This document shows positions 1 through 15,050 of a stretch of DNA of 64,000 bases, piece by piece; positions within the stretch are counted from its first letter, which is position 1; the number at the start of each line of letters is the position of its first letter. A program made the position numbers and the translations under genes. The notes under the pieces were generated by a model, which saw only the letters and a program-made list of their open reading frames with translations, did no database searches and was not told the DNA's origin. Source of the stretch: Eledone cirrhosa (taxonomy: Eukaryota); assembly GCA_964016885.1 (NCBI GenBank), contig OZ024740.1, forward strand, positions 222,146,001 to 222,210,000, in the 5' to 3' direction.

Positions 1-13
1 ATATATATACACT

Positions 14-45
<32 letters not shown>

Positions 46-70
46 CAATCACACAAGCACATACATTTGC

Positions 71-108
<38 letters not shown>

Positions 109-205
109 TCAAATGCATACATACATATACCCATGCATACACACACACACACATATATATATATACACTCACACACACACATATATATAGATATATATAT
201 ACACT

Positions 206-237
<32 letters not shown>

Positions 238-312
238 CAATCACACAAGCACATACATTTGCGTGTATATATATATATATATATACACTCAAATGCATAC
301 ATACATATACAT
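1..312. repeat. Compound (TA)n/(CA)n microsatellite with a duplicated ~190 bp unit
   Basis: CAATCACACAAGCACATACATTTGCGTG...CACTCAAATGCATACATACATATAC occurs at ~47-130 and ~238-310. Confidence 0.85.
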
Positions 313-333
313 ACTAAGAATAATGTGTTCTAA

Positions 334-1255
334 ACTCAAGCAGTCCTTTACAATGAAATAGCTCAAAGAAAGAAGTATTTCTGAGCCGTGTAATACAAGT
401 TAATATAAATTAATATATATGATAAAACACAAATACCAACATATAAGTGTTTGTATTGTAAATGACTAAGTTAGCTAGATTGAAAAATACTAATTATAAT
501 AATACATATACATATATACAAGCATACACACAAGTAAGCTTATACAAGGAAGTAAGTAAAGAATACTTACATAATCAATACTGTGAAGCGAACCAAAAGT
601 GGGCGTAGGCTGAGTGTAGGGGCTGGGGCAAGATGTAGAGGGAGGGGATATTATGTCCAGTGTGGTGTTATTTTTAAACTATCGTTCTGGGGGCAGAACT
701 GGTTTGTAGGATTTATATGTTGCATAGTTTTTGTACAGTGAGTTTGTTCATTGTCGGGCCCTTGCCAAATAGTAGTTCATAGATTTGCGAAATACAAATG
801 TCGCAACGCTTTTTCCTCCTATGTTTGAGCGCGCTCTCTGGAGTAATCCAGTCTTCTGAACGAGATGGGTATGGTCATACCACCGGGACTTAAATTTGTT
901 GGTTGTCATTCTGATATATGTTTTTTTTTGTTGTTGAGACGATATCGCATTTATATAGGATGTCATTCATCAGGCATTTATTTTTGAGTGGACACGCTTC
1001 CATATTGTTGTGGCAGTTGCACAAGGATCCCATCCAGAGGTGGGTTTCGGAGGGAGTAGGCTTATTTAATTTAGCAGTGTTGAGGTTGGCTATATCCCTA
1101 GCCAAGTTAGGTGTAGTGGAGTAGGAGTCTTATCGTATTCTTATTATAAATAGTGTAGTACCTATGCTGTGTGGGGAAGTGTTTCTTTAGCAATTTGAAG
1201 AAAGTCCTAGCTATTGGTGTAGATATCTCTAGATTGAAAGGGGGTGTACCAACTA
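334..1255 (-). mobile_element. Degraded Penelope-like element 3' fragment (GIY-YIG domain plus 3' tail)
   Basis: Frameshifted ORFs 1107-1255, 890-1105 and 748-966: [54 protein letters not shown]; tail 334-470 is similar to 7326-7450. Confidence 0.8.
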
Positions 1256-1384
1256 ATTTGTCTATACCTATTTCTCCTAAGTGGTCTTGGGGTGTTTTAT
1301 ATATGTATATAAATATTAATATATATATATATATGTATATATATATACACATCAATATATATATATATACATCAATATATATAT

Positions 1385-1438
<54 letters not shown>

Positions 1439-1445
1439 ATATACA

Positions 1446-1975
1446 AGAGCGGGAGAGAGAGATCGTCCTGACGAGTGCCAGTTGAGTTCGAAATGCATCG
1501 ACGATTGTCCCGCTTGCTTCTGCCGGGCATCGCCTGGTGGCGCTACCTGCCAATGTGTTATTCATAGCTATGGTTTTCTAAATGTTTATTTATAAACATA
1601 TCATATTTTTTTTAGAAATATGAAATTCAAATACATATTTGTATACAGCTATGTTGGAAGGTAAATTCTAATTCTATTCTATTATAAGTCGAGCCAACTT
1701 ATACAGCTTTATATGTAAATAAGATTAATGACCTCCTTTACACAGACGAAAAACTATATATTTTCGCCTGTTTTCACAGTCCGGCATTTACTAGAGCGGG
1801 AGAGATCGTCCCGACCAGCACCAGTTGAGGTCGAAATGCATAAATGATTGTTCCTCTTGCTACTGCCCAGTCACCGCCTTGTGGCATTAGCTGCCAGTCT
1901 GTTATTCATAGCTATGGCTTTCTAAATATTTATTTATTAACATACTGTATTTCTTTAGAAATACGAAATTCGAAC
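1446..1975 (+). mobile_element. Non-coding tandem dimer (~343 nt period) with one HHR per unit; retrozyme-like
   Basis: 1446-1635 repeats at 1794-1975; both units start with an HHR; no ORF; flanked by TA/CA repeats. Confidence 0.75.
1462..1505 (+). ncRNA. Type I minimal hammerhead ribozyme
   Basis: ATCGTC-CTGACGA-[weak stem II]-GAA-ATGCAT-C-GACGAT: 6-bp stem I, canonical core, palindromic stem III, AUC site; decayed second copy at 1805-1848. Confidence 0.8.
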
Positions 1976-2294
1976 ACAGACACACACACACATAAATATA
2001 TATATACAATGGTGGTCGTTTGAATATTTCATTGATTTGATTTCGTGTTTATCTGAAAAATATAAAATAAAGTTAATAATTATATAAATTTGATGTTATA
2101 TTAATCTGATTAAAACATTAAGCAAAAAACACAAATTAAAATTTTGAAGACCAAAACATGCGTATGTAGAATGTTAGATAAAAGCAAAAATATATACAAG
2201 ATTTTTGGTGTGTGGTAAGTGTTTGGTAAGTGTATTTTCAAATTTCCGAATTTAATGTACCGAAATAAATATTTATGTGCAAGCAATGTAGGTT

Positions 2295-2497
2295 TAGGCA
2301 CAAGGCCAACATTTTTGAGGGAGAGGAAAGTCAATTAATTCGAACCCAGTTCATTACTGGTTCTTTATTTTATCTACCCCTTAAGAATGAAGGGCTAAGC
2401 TTATCTCGGCGTGATTTGAGCTCAGAACACAAAGGCACGTAACTCTATATCACAAATCATGTTTTCCAACGCCCTACCGATGCTGTCAATCCACCGC
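2295..2497 (-). mobile_element. tRNA-derived SINE (Meta-domain-like), diverged copy
   Basis: Reverse complement of the GAGTTCAAATC..GCCTTTCATCC..GATAAAATAAAG consensus seen in the other copies. Confidence 0.7.
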
Positions 2498-3477
2498 TAC
2501 AGGAAATATTAAACGCTCACAAGAAATATTTTGTAACAAACTAGAAAGTCAAATGTCGAAAGTAGTTATCTAGAAACAAACAGAGCAGTATCAATCGACA
2601 GAGGAGAACAAAGGAGTATTTGAAGTAGTAATTCCATCAGTAATTTAGTCTCTGTAAATGATGCCAAGATGTCTAAGATGATATAGCCATTCAAATTTCA
2701 GCTGTTGTATGTAATGGAATATTTTCTTTGCAATTATCTTCTACTTATTTTTACATCTTTCATTCTAACCTTAAAGTTCAGTTATATCCTCTCTGCATAT
2801 AGATCAAATGTCCGTCCATAAAACTTCGTATGTTTTACGAGTGAGCCGACTCTGCTTAGTTACGAAACTGTGGCTTTAATTATCTTTAAGTTAATGTAAA
2901 CTTTATAGCAGTAACCAAAAGAAAGACTGGTGTAATTATTCGGCTTATATATTCTGTTTTTCTTAACATTCGACAAAATGCCATGTTTTGCAGGTTAGAA
3001 ACATAATGAATTAAATCAGATTGGGATTATGCATTTCTAAACTCAATGCTACAAGTAGCCTTTAGTTTATAGGAAAAAGTTTCTTACAAAATTTAGATAT
3101 GTTGCTTTGAATTGTGGGTTCAAACATATCCAAGGTAAATTCTGCTTTTCATTCTCCCTCTAGACTTTATTTCATTGACTCTAGACTCAAGAGTCAATGA
3201 AATAAATATCAGTCATTGTAGTTGTTTAGACGAAGATCAACCCTGATTGAGCAGTCTAACGATTAAATGCAGTCTCTTCATGCCACCGCATTATTTTAGA
3301 TGTATAAATGATTGAGTTATCTACACTATCCTGACCATATGTAAGCCAACAATCTATTATGTAATGTCTATTCCTATCAGGTTGAGAACAGGAGGTATAT
3401 TATACCGAGTTGGATTCAATTAAATTAAACCGCGCAGTAAATCTGTGTCTATATGTGAGAGTTAGAAATATTATTTA

Positions 3478-3660
3478 AGGTGAATTGGCAGTATCGGTAG
3501 AGGGTCGGACGCCATGCTTTGACGCATAGAGTTACGGCCCTTGCCATTCTGAATTCAAATCCCACCGAGGTGAACTTTGCCTTTCATCCTTACGGGGTCG
3601 ATAAATACCAATAATGTACTGGTAATTGCTGGCTGTGTGCCAATAGTAGAAACAATTATT
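3478..3660 (+). mobile_element. tRNA-derived SINE (Meta-domain-like)
   Basis: A-box-like TGGCAGTATCGG, B-box-like GAATTCAAATCC, central GCCTTTCATCCTTACGGGGTCGATAAA, tail GTAGAAACAATTATT. Confidence 0.85.
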
Positions 3661-5904
3661 TAAAAGAAATATGTAATCAAATACAAATTTTGAACATAAG
3701 TCTGTTTTTGGAGATACTATAGTGAAAAAGCAAACAACAAATTACATAAGCAAGTATATACTTGAACTATCTACGTTTGAGAGTTACATTATATCTTATA
3801 TAATTTTGTATGTTAACCCGAAGTGTATAGTCATAAAATATCAAAGCAGTTGAGAGAGTGTCATATGTGGATCTAACTTTAATAATAAATGCAAGCTCTA
3901 GTCCTATATAAAAACAACATTAATGCTGTAGAGGAAACTTGTCCAAGATGCCACACAACGGGAATAAATCCTAACCACATGGCTACGACCCGAAAGTTGA
4001 CCACACAGTCATGCCCGTGAAGTAAAAAAAAATACTCTTTTTATGAGTTTATCCTACATTTCTACATAAATGTGTAAGGTAGATTTAGACGATTATGCCC
4101 ACTGGTCCGATTTGACCATCGGCGTCTTTCTTTTCATTTTGTATAGTGCAGCACAATGTGTAACAAAATGGAAACATTGAAATACTGGTACAACTGATTC
4201 AATGGACGCGTATATAGTTTTTGTTTACATTAAAATAACACAATGAGTAGTAAAGTTTTCAAATACCTTAATTTGTTAAGGAAACATAAAAATATAAGGA
4301 AATTGGAAAAGTTTGGGAGAGAGAGAGAGGAAAAGAGAGAAAGAAAGAGAAAGCACGAAATAAATTATTATAAAGTAATCTCAAAGTTTAACATATTTGA
4401 CTCCAACATTACGATGTTCATCTTTGCTTTTACATTCATTGAACCTCTCGAGAAAACTATTTATTCATATTTATAATTCTATTATCACATTTCCGCTAAA
4501 TTTCTACAATTGGGATGCCTTGGGAATTGACCAGTTTTGAGTAGGTAAAATGCTTTCGACTTTATCTCACCGTACACGATCTTAACCAGCTGCGATATAG
4601 TTTCCTACCAAATGTAGATCATAATTAAAAATACCACGTCAGTGATAAATAGGTTACAATAAAAAGTAAAAATACAACAAAAGAAGATATACATATAGGG
4701 ATATTAAGATAATAAAAGCAAATGTTTGATTATTATGACGTTGAATTCTATAACATACAGATTTTCTAATTATTGACCTCAAATTGGATATTCTATGTAG
4801 TGGATACAATGAATTGTTACAATAATAAAACAATAGAATTTAATGTAATGTACAACAACACAAAATTATTCCATATTATTCTGAGTGTAAAATGCAAAGC
4901 ATTTATAGTTCACATTCAAAGATCTGCATAATTGCTCGAATTTCCTTTCTGATTAGATTAATTGTATTTCCAGGAGAAGAAAAAACATAAATCAGTCTTT
5001 CTAGAAAACCATAATTATTCGAAATTTTCCGGATGCAATATTGTTTCCATAAATATTTCTATTTTTGCTTAAGTTTCATTATCAATTAGTTCTGAAGTAT
5101 AATCATTACTCATTGAAAATTCAATTATCGATAAAAATTTGGGTAGGTGAAATCCCCGACAATTGAAAATGGATGGCATCAGGAATAAAGTATTAAAGTA
5201 TTTAAAAAACTTTATAATCTCATTTTTGTGAAAATTCATTCAATCAGAGTGATATTGAATTCCCATTGTAATTCCATTAATAATACACAATCTGTTTAAG
5301 ATCTCTTAAATTACTTTCTGTTTTGTACCACGAGGTAAAAATCAAAATAATTATATTAAATCAAACAATAAATTGAATAATGAATTAATGGATCGGTTTT
5401 GTTCCTCAGCAGTTTCCTAAAATACTATTAATCTTATAGAAATAGAAACAAATATTCAATAAACAAATACTTCTCTTCTAGAACTGAGATAAAGACGCTG
5501 CTTTGTGCACTGTTATGGTTTTCAGTATTCTAACACATAACATTAGGCTACATAGCAGCTCGATAAAAGCAAATACGTTATCAATCGAATTAAATACATT
5601 TCAAATAAGAATGCACAGAACTGTCAGAGTAAATGTCCAAAGAATTGTATTCATATTATCACATTTTCAACGGCTTCGTGTTAAATCTATTCATTTTGAA
5701 TACATTTTGCGAAATTCAAAATATTCGTAATATATGTGCGTAAACGTCATCCGTCCTTCGGTCATTTTTCTTTATCTTCGCTCTTTCATTATCAATAGTA
5801 CACGTATACCGTCACTTCGGTATGTATAAGTATGCATATGATTACGAAGGGATGATTGCACGTGATTGTGCTATTAAACAGGTTCCACCTGTTCGCTTTA
5901 TATA

Positions 5905-5981
5905 CAGGGTGTCCCACAAAAATGTATACACACTTTTATTAGAATATTGTTGAAGTGTCTATACATTTTTTGGACACCCTG
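5905..5981. mobile_element. Tc1/mariner-type MITE (77 bp)
   Basis: TIRs CAGGGTGTCC..AAAAATGTATACACACTT / AAGTGTCTATACATTTTTTGGACACCCTG with TA on both sides; decayed relative at ~41291-41396. Confidence 0.8.
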
Positions 5982-6473
5982 TATATGAGAATAGACGTGG
6001 TCTAGGTGCATGTTCACCATTTATTGCTCTAGTAAATTATCTAAATTCCTGTGTAAGTCCACGTGCAGACAACTGTGTCATCATATCTTTCATGGGTGTG
6101 TACAATTTTACATAAGGCATACGTATATGTATGTAGTTATCTGTGTATCTGACTTAGTGGCAGCGTCTAATATGATTCATGTGGATAGGCAAGTACTCAT
6201 ATATACATTAGTCTATCACAGTGCATATGCATTTGCATCTTTATTTCCATAGCCAAGTCTTCGTATTTCAATATAGTTTCATATGTATAAAACAATTGGC
6301 ATAACGAATTGCTAGTACACTCCCTTGACAAACAACTATATACGACCCTCCCAACTGTCGAGAGATTACCGGGCCCTGCTTCTGATGAAATCCACTTGAT
6401 GGCTCTAGACATCAGCTTCCACAATTCATAGCTAAAGGCTTTCAGATGTTTATTCGTAAACTTACCGTTTACG

Positions 6474-6508
<35 letters not shown>

Positions 6509-6520
6509 AGTATATATAAT

Positions 6521-7132
6521 ATTGAGATAAGCGGAACAAGTAAAATTCAAACAATCCTTCAAAATAAATTCAAAAAATATAATTTAAATATTTACCTATC
6601 CATATTGCTTTTACCGACGGTTTCGCCTCGCAAAAGATTGGAAATCCGAGGGACTTCCAATGGAAAGTTCGGCTCTTCAGAATTGGGCATAAAGTCCCAC
6701 ATCCGGCAAATATATTGCCTTCAGCCAGCTAGTGCAGGATCGAATGGGGTCTTAAACCACTACTAACAGCCAGTTTACGGCCCCATTCGATCCTGCACTA
6801 GCTGGCTGAAGGCAATATATTTGCCGGCTGTGGGATTTTATGCCCTATGTAAGGGAAAATGCTTTCTGAAGAGCCGAAATTTCCATTGGAAGTCCCTCGG
6901 ATTTCCAATCTTTTGCGAGGCGAAACCGTCGGTAAAATCAATATGGATAGGTAAATATTAAAATTATATTTTTTGAATTTATTTTGAAAGATTGTTTGAA
7001 TTTTACTTGTTCCGCTTATCTCAATTTTATAGTTCTGGTTTGTCAAATTAATTCCATTGAACAACAACTGTATCATAGACACCCTATATATTTCCGAGGG
7101 TACATAGTACCTGCGGGGATATTGATCTCATT
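6521..7132 (+). mobile_element. Fold-back PLE terminal-repeat element: ~230-250 bp inverted arms (6521-7025) each with an HHR, plus 3' tail
   Basis: Left arm is the reverse complement of the right arm with scattered mismatches and one indel; flanked by (TA)n. Confidence 0.8.
6860..6934 (+). ncRNA. Hammerhead ribozyme (weak stem I); mirror copy at 6612-6683 (-)
   Basis: CTGAAGA-GCC..TTGGAAGTCC-CTC-GGATTTCCAA..GGC-GAAAC-C-GTC-GGTA. Confidence 0.65.
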
Positions 7133-7143
7133 TTATATATAAT

Positions 7144-7177
<34 letters not shown>

Positions 7178-7221
7178 CACACACACATATACATATGCAT
7201 ATATTATATATATATATATAG

Positions 7222-7311
<90 letters not shown>

Positions 7312-7447
7312 TAGATTGAGTTACAAACTCAAAATAGTCTTTTACAATTAAATAGCTCAAAGAAGGGAAACTTTCCGAGCCGTGTAATATAATTGGATAT
7401 ATGAGAGGGATGAACACATATATAAGTATACGTGCAATTGCAAATGA

Positions 7448-7553
<106 letters not shown>

Positions 7554-7558
7554 ATATA

Positions 7559-7592
<34 letters not shown>

Positions 7593-7772
7593 ACACATGC
7601 GCACACTCAGAGACATATATATATATATATATACGTCTCTGAGTGTGTGCATGTGTTGAGTAGGTGTGTATACATCATTCGTGATGGTGTGTTTTGTATG
7701 TATGTATGCGTGTGTTTATGTATCTATGTATGTATATATGTGTGTATGTATCCATATATGTATGTATGTAGA

Positions 7773-8290
7773 TGTCGGGTCACTCTTGAGTGCTACTGGT
7801 AACATGTAACCCAGTACAACCTGTCACTTGGTCGGGTCGTCGGCGACTAAACCGGCAACCCCACCAAGTTTACTTTGTGAGGAGGGTGATTTTGGGCACT
7901 CTGCAGGACAAAAACCAAAACCTGACAAAGGGCGCAAGAAACTCATAAGAGTCAACGGCCATCCAAAAGTGTGTAAATATGTATATACACATGTACCGTC
8001 CGGTTAAACCCCTGGGAGTGAAGGAACACTAGCCTTTGTCAGGGCATTCTTCTAGGAGAAGGCAACTCAGGAAACCTGGATAACACCGATATAAAACCTA
8101 CGGTTCAGAAGTTACCGATGATGTTGATCTTTTCTTCTTTTCGGGTTATAGCTACTGTCGCTCAGAGAGTGGGATTGGCTCAGTGCACATTCTTTCCTCA
8201 CTTTAAAAAATATCTTCACGCACAGGCATTGCACGATGGAATTAATTAATAATTATTAATAATGATATATCGTGCAATGGCCATTCTCGA
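7773..8290 (+). mobile_element. Dispersed repeat resembling an RTE-LINE 5' UTR / non-autonomous derivative
   Basis: Related copies at ~9205-9680, 62405-62672 (-) and ~63385-63550; shared CTAGGAGAAGG and GCTCAGAGAGTGG motifs; the 62.4 kb copy is joined to an RTE-like 3' end. Confidence 0.6.
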
Positions 8291-8569
8291 TAACGAGGGG
8301 CAGCCATCATGTATTTATATATGTGTGTATGTTCTTTCGGTTTTATAATTTCATAAATTTTTACCAATAGAGAGAGAATCGGTTTCTAACATAGATACAA
8401 GACTCTCTCATTGGAATTTAAACAACATAAACTATGTCTATATGTCTGCATGTCTGCATGCATGCATGTGTGTGCAGGCATGGATGTTATTGTATGTGTG
8501 GATGTGGATCTTTTGAGTTATATGTTTTGTATCTGTACAAGTGTATTAGATACAGTTATTAGATACAGA

Positions 8570-9175
8570 ATCTTTGGGATGTTTTACATATTTTTACTGT
8601 TCCATTAATGGATTGTACTTGTAACTTCGTAACTAGTCGTGTTATTTCCCTTCTGTGAGGTCCAGCTTCTCAAGATTTGTACTGAGGCACTTACTAACAT
8701 TTCCCAGTGCCCCAATAATCACGGGTATAAATATCAAGGTATAGTTAGGGTGGAGTATCTGCAGATTTCTCATTAGTTCTGCATAGATATTCTCGTTTTA
8801 GTTAAATCTTTAATATTATACTGACAACTGCTGGACATCTAACTTGCACTACTGTGCATGCCTTTTCCCTGTCCCATATCATTATATCTGGTCTGTTATG
8901 CTTGCATTTTATTGGGGTTTTGAGTGGAACATTCCATCAGTGTTCTTTCATATTATGTATATGTATGTGTTTCACATTGCTGTACATTTTAATGCGTTTA
9001 TTGTCGGGGCTATCTTTTCTACGGATGGCATTGTACAGTGTTTTGGCCACTCCGCCATGCCTCACAGTATCATGATGATTTCTTTGGGCAGCTGCTTATG
9101 ACATAAGTGACATCTTCGATGTTAATTCTGTAGAGTTGTCACATGTAGGTGTTTTGCTTGCATCCCTATCTTCTA
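8570..9175 (-). pseudogene. 3' fragment of a restriction-like-endonuclease non-LTR retrotransposon (R4/Dong/NeSL type)
   Basis: Minus-strand translation gives a decayed CCHC knuckle (EDVTYVISSCP), KHNRPDIMIWDR and IPVIIGALG motifs. Confidence 0.75.
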
Positions 9176-10624
9176 TGTATGTATGTATGTATGTTTGTAT
9201 TTCATCCCACAGGGTGTCAAGTTTAGTCGCCGACAACCGACCGTGAGACAGGTTGTACTGGGTTACATGTTACCAGTAGCACTCGAGAGCGACCTGACAT
9301 AGGAAAAGGTCAGAGGAACTCAGCATTGTCAACGGCCATCCAAATAGTATTTTATTTTTCACCTGGGAGTTAAAGGCCCCCAGTTGTTGTCACGACACCT
9401 TTCTAGGAAAGGGAAACTCTGAAAAAAAAACCTCTGAGGCTTCAGAAGCATCCGATGACGTTGACCAGTTCTCCTTTTCGGGTAGTGTTTTCGATGCTCA
9501 GAGAGTGGCATTGGTCGAGTGCAAGGCCTTTCCCCACTTAAAAACCTTCAAAGCACAGGCATTGCTTGTTCAGGATATGTTACAGATCTGTGTGGCTGGC
9601 GGTAGCCTAAAAGTGCACCAAACTCTATAATCTGACAAGCGATTGCCATACTTTTAGCAGAGTTTTCAGCCATCATGTATGTTTGTTTGTATGTATGCAT
9701 GTATGTATGAATGTATGTGTGTGTGTATGTGTTTGTGAGTGCATGTGTATGTCTGATTGTATCATAAATACATGTATATATGTGTGCTTACTGGAGCCTT
9801 TGCATAAACGATCAGGTGCATTGTTCACTATTCTTCCCTTTCCCTGTTCCTTTCCTTCTCATTAACGGACGTATGTCTGCAAATATACGCAGACATAAAC
9901 GCATACATGACCACCACACACACATACATGCTTGCATACATATATATATATATACATATGTATATATATATGAATTTATCTATACAGGTTTATATATGCA
10001 GATATATTTAGTTATATATGGTATATTCAAAATGTATACACAATATCTAGAGGTGTAATAAATATTGTTATATTTATTTCCATATACACTGTGGTAATCT
10101 ATGATCTATATTTTAATAAATCTTCTCCGGATGAAAGACGGGTTGACTGGAAATGAAATATATAACAATTATGTATATGAAAATGAAATTTCAGATTAAT
10201 TAAATCAGTATGGTAAGCGATACGGGTACTAAAATAGTAGCATTAATTTTAGTGAAATATATTACACTCATTATAGATAGACTACGCTTCGTATATGATT
10301 CTATAATATTCAAAATCTATAACTATTATTGCCGATGAGATCATCGTGAACTATTCAACTACAGAATGATTCAGATGATCGATAGAGTAGAAACCAGAGA
10401 CGAAAGGAAAGGTCTAAAACAATAAACTCCAATAGTCAAGAACGAAAGCACACTATCTAATATATATGAATCATTAGGTATAATTATTTGTAGATGTTAC
10501 ATATCGTAGGTGTACAAAGCGTCATATATGCAGTAGGGGAGTGGGAAACAAGAAATGAGAGGACACGTTACTCAGAGGATGGAGGTGCATACATATATAT
10601 ATAGATAAGTATATATATATGAAC

Positions 10625-10778
<154 letters not shown>

Positions 10779-10781
10779 CAT

Positions 10782-10836
<55 letters not shown>

Positions 10837-10845
10837 TATATACAT

Positions 10846-10950
<105 letters not shown>

Positions 10951-11022
10951 CATATATGTATATATATATATATGTGTGTGTGTGTGTATGTATATATATA
11001 TATGTATATATATATATGTGTA

Positions 11023-11112
<90 letters not shown>

Positions 11113-14100
11113 AGGCGTATATAACGTAACAACATTAGGAAAGGTATGAAATGTAAACAAATAAATATGCGAATTATATGAAATAAAATGCAACAAGTGA
11201 GTTAACTGATGATGTAAGGTAAATAAATACATAAAACTGGTTAGTTACAATTATAAATTTCAGTGATGCAAGAAATAGGATTTTTGAATGCAAATGGATA
11301 CTTTTTACACACATTTCTCCACAAATGTTAGTGAAAGTACTACCGCAGTCATTTACACAAAAGAACACACACCCATCCATGTATATTCTTGCAAAAATTG
11401 ATTATTTAATTAAAACACCAATTAATTTTCACATTAAAATGAGGAATTTTACAGGTTTATAAACCTGAAATGCATTTCAGAGACAATATGGGCATTGAAA
11501 ATATAACAGGTGGACATCCATTATCTCAATCGTTTCCCACGAACACCATGCATTTCTGTATAATTAGCAATTTAAGTGCCATTATGATAATTGTTTCTAC
11601 TTTTGGCACAAGGCCAGCAATTACTGGTACTTTATTTTATCGACCCCGTAAGGATGAAAGGCAAAGTGCAATTATGATAATTAGCACTAGGAAGCTACCT
11701 TTATATTAACGTGAATCCAATTGAGTCAAAGAACATGGCGATCGAATTTTAATATCCATCATATGGAATACGAAAGGCCGCAAATAGGCAGAGTGATTAG
11801 AACGTCGAATGGAATGCTTTGCAACAATTTCCCCAGCTCTCTGCTCTCTGAGTTCAATTCCTGCTCAGATCTAATTTGCCTTTCGAGGTCGATAAAAAAA
11901 TATCAAACAGCGTTCGATTTTTTCTTCTAAATTTCTTTCTCCCTTCTTTTCGCTCTCTCTTTCTCTATTTTTCTCTGGTAGAAAACTGCTGTTTTCAGAG
12001 ATAGAGAGGTGTTGAGCTCCGCCAGGTTTTAAAATGACTAAGAAACGCCGTATGTCAATTTGGCACTCGTACGATTTCGACAGCTGTTATGGGTCTACAC
12101 ATACTTATGGAATGCGATGAAGCTGAATTCACTTTGAGAGAACGTGTCACATTGAGCAAACGATGGCGATTTGGCTGCTATTCTAGCAGGCCAATCGATA
12201 ATGTAGAAGATTTTTCTTTGGCTCATTAACGTTGGGCAATATATTCCTCGTTAGCGTTATTGGATTTAAATATAACTATGGCTTTATAACCATATGTTTT
12301 AAAACTATTTTTGAAAACAGATGTCGATATTATGGTGTCTGAAATAATTTGTCATAAGCTAGTAATATATCGCAAATATAATATACATACTTCTATCACT
12401 CACTCAGTAAATCTATGTGAGTAGCTTTATTAAAAATTCACGCTGAAATCATATTTACTTTCTGACAATAAGTTGATGAAATAGGTTTCACTCGAGTAAA
12501 CTGATACGACGTTTGAACCAAATTGTTCGATGTCCACATGGGATTTGTAAAAACGATTTAATCACTAGTGTGTTGGATTTGGCCAAACGCGAAACACCAA
12601 AGCAAAACAGAGTCATAATGTATAATCTATTTTTCTGTGACTGTAGAACAGTCAAAAACATGATTCAGCTGCTGGTTTATCCATTCCTGGATCGCCTTGT
12701 TGCTTGGCTGATGTGAGATATAATTCAAAGCAAGCACAGCACTGCATAAAAAAATAACAAATTGAAAAGATTTTATATACGTACAAAACAGCAAACTTTT
12801 CCGCAATACTTTCGAAACGTATTAGTAACATATTCTGAAGCGAAACGTCGTTTCATGCAACAATGATACTATTTATTTGAAGCAGGTGCTAAACATTAGC
12901 TGAGAACATTTCCAATTGATATATGGTATTATTTGCAATATTATATTAAATGCGGACACACCAAGATTAGGATACTGACATGATGTCATACTTCCTTAGC
13001 ATGTATCGTTCATAAACAATTATATCACCTATTTTTTTCTAGTAGCATCATTGCTTAAAACGGAGAGAATGTATAGTATCAAAGAACGAACACAGAGATA
13101 CAATACAAATATCGAGATCTGTTAGCATTATAATTTTAACTGTTCGATGCTGCTGAAAGCATCTAAAGCTGTAAAGAATCGTCTTGTGATATCACACCTT
13201 TTCAAAAAATTCTGTCTGTAAGTGCAATGTAAACCAATTTACTACAAATAATGCAAATAGTGCTGTTGTTATATACAGAATACGAACATCTTGAGAGTCT
13301 TTCATATAAGTTTATCAATAGTTTATATTAAAACATAAAACGTTTATTAAGTATCTAACAACTGAAATATCTATTACACATGGTTTTCTAGGTGGAAATA
13401 CATAAATAGTAGCATGTAGCCATTCAATTCACTTTGATATAACAATTGCTAAATATCATCAAACCGGAGATTCTGTGGGGTCACTCGGTCTGCTAAAAGT
13501 AGCAGCTAAATCTTCTTCAAATCATACACTACTATCTTAAAAGAAGTATATCATATTGTTTTGGGACCGTTATTTCTGACTAAAGAATAGTAACGAAGGG
13601 AATGATTTTTCATACACTAAAACAGAGATGACCTGAAACTAAACAACAAAGCTAAACAAGAAAATATATGCTTCAGAAATTACATGGATTATAATGTCTT
13701 ATACAGACCTCAAACAACGCAACTGCCATTTTATTGCTCTGTTTGTTAATCATATATTACAGCATTCCTCAGTTAAGTCAATATTCATTCTAAATTGGTC
13801 ATAAAAAAATGGAAACATGGTACATTACTGGTAAATGTTTTCATCAAACTCACGATGATGAATGCAAAGATGCTGTGTTTTGAATTTAGAACCTAATGAA
13901 CGAAACAGTAAACGGATACCTTTCTGTAAATCAATCGCTACATTTGTGAAAGTATTATAAAAACGTTAAGGAGAGGATGTTGGATTAGGAGAATGATTAG
14001 AGTGTCATCATTGTACTTTCTGGCATATCTACCTACATTTACATTCTAAATTCAAATTTTGCTTTGCATCACTAAATATCCTGGAGTCGGTAAAATCAGC

Positions 14101-14619
14101 TTTTTCATCCTCATAAATTGCTGGCCTTGCGGCTAAATTGTAAATCAATATTAATACACTTAGGACGTGGCATAGTCGAATGTTCCAAAGATCACTTCTC
14201 AATCAAATAATTACAGATTCTATCCCATTGCACAGAAACAGGCAAATGTTCCGTTAAACTGGCCCAGACAGAGAAGTGTACATTTGTAGAACAAAACAAG
14301 GGTTAACGTCTGTCCAAAGCTAAGGATTCTCAGCAGGTCACAGCATAACCCGATTTCATTGTCCTTAAGCGATTTGTAGCATTACACACAGCCTGGACAA
14401 GATGTCAGTCAATGGCAGGATTAACCCACATATACTGTCGGTACTCATTGTCAGATGAGGTGAATACAGCGTGCCACTCGGTCCAGATATCGTACCTACC
14501 CAATCAGTAGGATTTGAATTCAAAGGCTCATAGGCTAATGTCCCGTAACAAGTATGAGAAAACATATGACCGATTCTCTAACAATTCTGCTAATTCACTT
14601 CCCATTTAATGAGTTTTAA

Positions 14620-15050
14620 TTATTTAGGCACACAGCCAACGATATGTGAGAATAGGAAAGTTAACTAAAACGACCTCATTATTTCATTAGTACTTTATTT
14701 TATCCACCACGAATGGTTGAAAAGCAGCGGTGATTTCGGTGGGATTTGAACTCAGAACGTAAAGAGCTGAAGGAAATGCTTCAAAACATTCTTTTCGACG
14801 CTCTGACGATTTTTTGTCCACCACCCTCTAATACCTCATAATGATTTCTGATTCAGGCCCAAGGCCAACGATTTTTTGGGAGAGGAAAATCAATTAAATT
14901 TATCCCAGTGCATTACTAGTGCTTTATTTTATCGACCTCGTAAGGATGAAAGGCAAAGTTAAGCTCGGTGGGATTTAAACTCAGAACATAAGGAATCAAA
15001 GGAAATGCTTCAAAGCATTCTTTTAGACGCTCTGACGATCCGTCACCCTC
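14620..15050 (-). mobile_element. Two tandem diverged SINE copies
   Basis: TACTTTATTTTATC..GGATGAAAGGCAAAG..GGGATTTGAACTCAGAAC-like sequence twice (14620-14826, 14840-15050). Confidence 0.75.

Noticed and set aside
3478-3660. SINE heads as genuine tRNA genes
   Set aside because: A/B-box-like motifs are present but there is no cloverleaf, and they always continue into the SINE body with TSDs
6378-6420. CTGATGAAA motif as a hammerhead
   Set aside because: No downstream stem II-GAAA-stem III arrangement
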